From the human T2T-CHM13v2.0 reference genome, Homo sapiens: a stretch of DNA of 64,000 bases. The translations under genes were made by a program, and so were the position numbers. The stretch lies in NCBI RefSeq assembly GCF_009914755.1, contig NC_060928.1; one strand, 5' to 3'. The notes beneath the pieces were generated by a model. It saw only the letters and a program-made list of their open reading frames with translations. It ran no database searches and was not told the origin of the DNA. Below, piece by piece: positions 57,312-64,000 of this stretch. The number at the start of each line of letters is the position of its first letter. Positions within the stretch are counted from its first letter, which is position 1.

Positions 57312-58991
57312 GATAATGATTCTAAAGTCCTTCCACAAAGGTGCCAACAGTCATATCTTTGGATAACCATATACAGGCATTTTAAGGACTGTTGGAAACA
57401 GGATCATTGACACTGATACGTGCAAAATCAAAGAGCTTTCATGGGCTTTTCTGCAACTAATAAATTGAGTCTTGTCCCAGGTTTGACGCATAGTCTGTCC
57501 ACTATGTCTGTGATCTACCTAATGGTTATTTTCCAGGTCATAAAATATATATGATTCACACAGGTGGCTGGCACAACTTCCAGATTGCTTTCTTAGCTCA
57601 AGCAATCTGTCCTAGAGGGAAAGCCTCTTGGACTGCAATCCACATTCCCCACCCCAGGCAAGATATTAACTTAAAAACAATTATCCTGATGATTCTACTT
57701 ATATGTAAATAATTAAATAAATTATTTAAGTGATTATAATTATTCTTCACTGGTAATCTATCATGCACAACAGGAATTGGAATTCATGGGGGTTCCCCCG
57801 CTAAGATTATTCAGTGTGTGTTGTCAGTATTAGATTTCCCTTGGCCAGTCCAGGCAGCTTAGCTAGTGATATCACCCCCATGCATGTCCCTAAGGACTCT
57901 AAGCCACTGCTTGCCATGCCCCTTGTAGATTCAGCCATAGGTGCTGCATCTACAATAAAAATTGATCAAGAATATCATGAGGGTGCCCAAGGGCTTCATT
58001 TGATGCCAGACGTATTACTCCATTCCCATTGTTGTGTGACAGCACCCCAAATCCTCTGATGATCATGTTAAAGGATTCTGCCAAGACGGTGACTCCTTAT
58101 CTTGCCTGCTGATTTTTTTGCAAAAAGATCCCAAAGTGCCCAGCATTAGCTTAAAATTCAGTGGCATTCTTGCCATGGCTTCTGGTAGAAAACTGCTTTT
58201 CTGTGAATCAGGATCTCTGAATGCTGAGAGTCCAGAAACGTGGGGGATGAGAAGCCCAAATTTCTCAGTGCGTCACTGGGAGAGCTTGCTTTTCCCTTTG
58301 GCTTTTTATTCTAATGCAAGTGTACACTCAGCCTTTTAAAATTTTTTAAAAATTTTAGATGTTTTCTTCTTATCCACTTTTAGGATGTTGCCTCTTCCTC
58401 TCAAGCTCTGCCAGAGGTGAAATAGTTGCTGTGTCCTGTCTCTTTTTGGAGGGGCTTGCCACTCGATGGAATTCAGCAGGACTTTGTAATGTTAGCTCTC
58501 TGGGTTCCAGAAAAATTACAGTTTTGTCAGTGATCTGTTTTTTGTTGTTTATTTACAGGGTTAGAGTGACAGCAACATTCTCTTCCAGCTTTGTGTAGCC
58601 TACGTATAAGTAGAACCATCAGGATAATTGTTTTTAAGTTGATATCTTGCCTGGGGTGGGGAATGTGGATTGCAGTCCAAGAGGCTTTCCCTCTAGGACA
58701 GATTGCTTGAGCAATCTGGAAGTTGTGCCAGCCACCTGTGTGAATCATACTTATATATTTTATGACCTGGAAAATAACTATTAGGTAGATCACAGACATA
58801 GTGGACAGACTATGAGTCAAACCTGGGACAAGACTCAATCTATTATTTCCAGAAAAGCCCATGAAAGCTCTTTGATTTTGCACGTTTCAGTGTCAATGAC
58901 CCTGTTTCCAACAGTCCTTAAAATGCCTGTATATGGTTATCCAAAGATATGACTGTTGGCACCTTTGTGGAAGGACTTTAATATCATTATC
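57312..58991. repeat. Long inverted repeat: arms 57312-57707 and 58601-58991, 893-bp spacer
   Basis: Manual alignment gives 12 substitutions plus one 4-bp and one 9-bp indel over ~390 bp (~97%). Confidence 0.97.
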
Positions 58992-59677
58992 ATATATTCT
59001 TTTCATGATGCTACATGGTTGTTCCTCCTGGAAATCTGTTTTTTCACTTCAGCATATGGGTTCCAGGTTTGAAAACTGGCTCATATCCTGAATCTCAGTA
59101 AGATATTTTTGGATGGTAGGTGGTGGGGTGGGGAGTAAACACATTCTATCTTCTGATCATCCAGCATCCATTCTTTTGATTGTACACCCTGAATAATACT
59201 CTTGGTTGACTGTCTGTCTATTTTACTCCTTGGACACCATGTTCTATTAACTATCTCATAACTCTCTAAGGGTCAGTGTTCCTGCATGTGACTACAACCT
59301 TGACAAACATTATAATTACCTCTACCTGGCTTATAATAATTGGATATTACCCTATCTATCTTTTCAGGATTCCATCATGTCCATTGTGGTCAGTGAGCCC
59401 ATTCCATAATACCACCTTCTACCATCAGTCTTGGCCTTCAGAGGAACATCAAGTCTGAACTTCTTAGTGATGTTTTTCCTTTCACCAATGTGTTCCTTGT
59501 AGCCTTGGTAAATGGTCTATCTTTAGTGCCTTTGTATGAAGTATAGTCATCTGATGGGCATTCTGGCTGAGAATAGTATATTTGTTCAAGCATGCTTACT
59601 TGAGCCTTTTAATCTCCCTGGCATTTCTCTATTACTTAATGCAGGTCCGTGCTTTATTATTTCTTCCAGGAGCTGTC

Positions 59678-59881
59678 TGTATTAGTCAGGGTTCTCCAGA
59701 GGGACAGAACTAATAGGATATATGTATATATGAAAGGGAGTTTATTAGAGAGAATTGGCTCACACTATCAAAAGCTGAAGTCCCACGATAGGCCATCTGC
59801 AAGCTAGGGATGAAAGAAGCAAGTAGTGGCTCAGTCTGAGTCCCAAAGCCTCAAAGAAGGGAAGCTGATAGTGCAGCCTTT
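59678..59881 (-). mobile_element. MLT2A-type LTR, partial (~200 bp)
   Basis: tgtattagtcagggttctccagagggacagaactaataggata...gtcccacgataggccatctgcaagct. Confidence 0.85.
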
Positions 59882-59934
59882 ACCATCTTAAAGCATGTTT
59901 ACGTTGTCTTTCAGTCTTCTTTTAAGGGCATCAA

Positions 59935-59991
59935 ATCCTGTATCCCAGGATTTCCTATCCTGGGATAGCACCATCCCAGGATGGTGCTATC
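59935..59991. repeat. Interlocking short inverted repeats
   Basis: tatcccaggat-ttcct-atcctgggata (11-bp stem) overlaps gatagcaccatcc-ca-ggatggtgctatc (13-bp stem). Confidence 0.92.
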
Positions 59992-60278
59992 AAATAAATA
60001 AACTATCTTATACAACTTCATGTTCTACCTTTGGAATCGAGTCCTTGAGTATTCTCTGGGCTACAAGTAGGCAAGGTTTTGTAGATCCTTTTGGTTACAG
60101 TCCCTTGCTTCCTGTTTCAGGTGCAATTCATTCTGCTTGGGTTATGTTGTGATTTAACCCTTTTATTGGTTTAGTGGCTGGAAAGGGGAGGTAAGGGCAG
60201 ATCTTGAGGGGTGCATTTTGTCTTTCAGGGGAGAAAATATTGCAGCACTATCCTTAACAAGGGAGTAAGCATTAGTTC

Positions 60279-60580
60279 TTTTTTTTTTTTCTTTTTTGAG
60301 ATGGAGTCTTGCTGTGTTGCCCAACACTGGAGTGCAGTGGTACAATCTCGGCTCACTGCAATCTGCACCTCCCAGGTACAAGTAATTCTCTTGTCTCAGC
60401 CTTCCAAGCAACTGGAAATACAGGTGTGAGCCACCATGCCCAGCTAATTTTTGTATTTTTAATAGAGATGGGGTTTCACCATATTGGTCAGGCTGGTTTC
60501 AAACTCCTGATCTCAGGTGATCCACCTGCCTCGGCCTCCCAAAGTGCTGGGATTACAGGCATGAGCCACTGTGCCCAACC
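60279..60580 (-). mobile_element. AluS
   Basis: Antisense dimer, ctcaggtgatccacc; TSD agc(a/g)ttagttctt. Confidence 0.9.
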
Positions 60581-60720
60581 AGCGTTAGTTCTTAATAGGA
60601 TCAGAGAAGTCTGGAGTTTCAAGATTATATTTTTTCATCCCATGTGTCTGGGTTTCAAAGTAGAACTGTACCCTGGCATAGCTGACCTGCTGAGATCAAG
60701 AGGCCAACTGCACTCTGTAA

Positions 60721-61055
<335 letters not shown>

Positions 61056-61473
61056 TCATCTTTAGTTTTCTCTGCTATCAAGCTGTAGGAGATGACAGTA
61101 TTTTTGTATATTACCGAGAAGGTTATCTGGCTTTCACTCATAGCTTTTAATGATTCATTAATTGTGACCAATCTTTTGTTAACATTTAACAAGCATTAAT
61201 GGAGTTTAGCATTAGCTACCCAATTTACTATCCTTAGAGTTACTATTTTCCCTGTATTGCACAAACTCTGGATATATAACACCAGCATTTATTTTTACAA
61301 TTTACCATCAGTACAAGAGAAAGATTTAATAATTATACTTATATTATATCCCAGAGGCTATTTTTTGCTGAAGCTCCAACAACCCAGGATGGGATTCTCA
61401 TTGCCAGCTCCAAATCTCCATTGCCAAAATAACGTGGCAGTACCTGCTTATGTGGACCAGTACTGGCACCAAC

Positions 61474-61903
61474 TGTCACAGGTTGCGTTGCTTAGGAGGC
61501 AGACCCTGTGATAGAGATTATTATGTCGGGAGTTCTCAGGGACAGTTCTCAGGATCACCACTTGTGAAAAGGAAGGGGAGGAAGCAGGTGTGAGAAGAGG
61601 AATTTATTGGGATTCAGTGTAGTTTCAGTGTGGGTCTTAGACAAATCTGAAACCCTGATGCTAGGATGATCCATCAGAGATGTCTCATGTTGGTTGGAAG
61701 GAGCTACGCCCTTATATACCCTTCTAGACCAGTCATTAGATGCTGGCTACCCACAGGAAGTGGGTTTGGCGATGGATGAGGCAGCTTTTCAGCCAAGAGA
61801 GCTGACAGCTGAAGTCTTTCAGTGAACAGCCTTCCCAGAATCTGGGAATAAATTATTCAGTCTTGAGGTTGGAACTGGGCAGACCATCAAAGCATCCTCT
61901 AAA
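61474..61903 (-). mobile_element. LTR16-type 5' LTR of the ERVL remnant
   Basis: ggaggcagaccctg...ggaaggggaggaagcagg...ccagtcattagatgctggct...gctgacagctga...ctgggaataa; abuts the PBS. Confidence 0.7.
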
Positions 61904-62371
61904 AAACACCATGGAAAAAACTCTAGTAGTAGTACCCCTTCCCCCTCCCCCACGCCACCCAACCCCTCTCCATATTTATAGGGGCAGTAGAGGCAGGGAA
62001 CATCTAAGATACTGTATAGGAAAAGAAATCTGCCCTTAAATGTAATGCTATGCCTAGATACATTTACAAACAATTTCTGCCAGCTGTTTAAGGAAAAAAT
62101 AATTCTAACTTATACAAATTGTCTGAATGACTAAAAAAGAAATAATGTCTTCCAGCTCATTTTATAAGGTGAATATAACTTTGATACTATAACTGGACAA
62201 TGAAAATAAAAGAAAAAATATTATGGGTTAGATCTCTTATAAAGCTAAATGCTAAAATCCAAAATGGGAACTAAGGGGTTTCTTTGACTTGATAAAGTAA
62301 CTGCTAGAATCTTTTAGCTAAAACCATAGTCAATGGGAAACTATTAGAAGCCTCTTTAGAAGTTGTAAGAT

Positions 62372-62674
62372 GACCAGGCATGGTGGATCATGCCTGTAAT
62401 CTCAGCACTTTGGGAGGCTGAGGCGGGTGGATCACATGAGGTCAGGAGTTCGAGACCAGCCTGGCCAGTATGCTGAAACCCCGTCTCTACTAAAAATACA
62501 AAACTTAGCTGGGCGTGGTGGTGTGCACCTGTAATCCCGGCTACTCAGGAGGCTGAGACAGGAGAATTGCTGGAATCCGGGAGGTAGAGGTTGCAGTAAG
62601 CTCAGAACATACTACTGCACAGCCTGGGTAACAGAGTGAGATTCCATCTCAAAAAAAAAAAAAAAAAAAAAAAA
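62372..62674 (+). mobile_element. AluSx-like
   Basis: ggatcacatgaggtcaggagttcgagaccagcctggcca; long A-tail. Confidence 0.9.
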
Positions 62675-63421
62675 GATTATAAGGCGAGGATTCCTGCCAT
62701 CACTACTTATATTCAGTATTATGGTTTGGATTCTAGCATTTAGCTAAAACACACATACACACACAGAGCAACTGAAAAGAATGAATATGACACTACTTTC
62801 AGATGGTAAAAGTGACTTCACAGGAAATGCAAGAGATCTATTGGAGCCAATGGAAATGTTCAGGATATCTGATGAATACAGGATCAAAGTATAACAATTC
62901 TTTTATTATATACAAGGAACACTTAGAAAATATAGTTTAAAATGTTAATATTTGTTAAAGAAATACAGTCTGAAAGTTTACCTAGAAATAAACTTAACAA
63001 GGCATACGTTAGGAAGAAACTTACATTCCCTTTATGGGAAGATGTAAATAAAACCAAAATAAGTTGAACTATGATCTTTAAAATGACAATTATTCTTATA
63101 TTAATTTACATAGACAATGCAATTCTAATCAAGGTCTCATTGGGTTTTTCTTGTAGCTTGACTGTCTGCTTCTAAAATTTATATAGAAAATCATATTGCT
63201 AAGAAAAACAGAAAATTTGATAACATAGGTATGGGACTAATTCTATTAGATATAAAGATTCATATAAAGTGATTGTTACCAACATAGTAGGATATTAAAG
63301 CTATACACCAATGAAACAGAATAAAAGGCTTAGATATATGACAGAGACAGTATTTAAAATATTTGGAAAAGGGATAGAGGTTCTTTACATGGAACTGGGA
63401 CAGTTTGTTATCCATGTAGAT

Positions 63422-63642
63422 CAAGCATGTCCAACCCATGGCCTCTGGGCTGTGTGCAGCCCAGGATGGCTTTGGATGCAGCCCAACACAAAATCGTATA
63501 CTTTTTAAAAACATTATGCGGTTTTTTTGTATTTTTCTTCTCTTTAGCTCATCATCTATAGTTAGTGTTAGCGTATTTTATGTGTGACCCAAGACAGTTC
63601 TTCCAGTGTGGCCCAGGGAAGCCAAAAGATTGGATACCCCTG
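63422..63642. mobile_element. MER30 hAT-Charlie MITE
   Basis: caagcatgtccaaccc...gcagcccaacacaaa...gtggcccagggaagccaaaagattggatacccctg. Confidence 0.9.
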
Positions 63643-63751
63643 AATGAAGAGATATTTAATCTTTAACTATAACAAAAGAAAAAAATAGGTTAATGTGGAC
63701 TAAAGACATAAATGTTAGAAGTTAGATTTTAGAAGTTTTAGGAAATATAGG

Positions 63752-64000
63752 CGATATGGTTGGCTCTGTGTCCCCACCCAAATCTCATCTTGAATTGTAA
63801 TCTCCACAATCTCCACATGTCGAGGGCAGAACCTGGTGGGAGGTGATTGGATCATGGGGGGCAGTTTCCCCCATGCTGAAAGTTTACTGAGTGAGTTCTT
63901 GTGAGAGTGAGTTAGTTCTTATGAGATCTGATGGTTTTATAAATGTTTGACTGTTCCTCCTGCACACACTCTCTCGCCTGCCTCCATGTAAGATGTGCTT
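63752..64000 (+). mobile_element. THE1D-like LTR, cut by the window end
   Basis: gatatggttggctctgtgtccccacccaaatctcatcttgaattgta...ggtgggaggtgattggatcatgggg. Confidence 0.88.

Larger units (their letters stand above)
62070..63750 (+). mobile_element. Ancient L1ME-like ORF2 remnant, interrupted by an Alu and MER30
   Basis: tttaaggaaaaaataattc...ccagctcattttataagg...ataactttgatac; aatgcaattctaatcaagg; acatggaactgggaca. Confidence 0.65.

Noticed and set aside
58527-58883. 118-aa ORF in the inverted-repeat arm
   Set aside because: Decayed ERVL protease-region DNA; the 4-bp indel shifts the frame in the other arm

Overview
Primate genomic DNA, most likely human (one Alu carries all five AluYa5 diagnostic bases). 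It is AT-rich, CpG-depleted and repeat-dense, and reads as a long intron or intergenic region. I recognise no host protein-coding exon or RNA gene; the ORF track is explained by Alu, L1, L2, Tigger1 and LTR remnants or by chance. Main elements: a full-length Tigger1, a two-LTR MLT1E-type MaLR provirus with nested insertions, a near full-length L1PA15/16 carrying nested MER11A, L1PA3+L1PB1 and Alu insertions, a second MER11 solo LTR, and an LTR16/HERV16 remnant. Structure the repeat annotation does not explain: (1) a ~395-bp, ~97% identical inverted duplication around an 893-bp spacer (57.3-59.0 kb); (2) a strong polypyrimidine-CAG|GTAAGT recursive-splice-site motif at 50116/50117; (3) a probable L1PA3 3' transduction; (4) short non-tandem duplications ~1 kb apart; (5) a head-to-head Alu pair with matching deletions; (6) fold-back palindromes. 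Repeat subfamily names come from recalled consensus motifs, not from a database search, and boundaries of ancient elements are approximate. I see no evidence for a new protein-based system.
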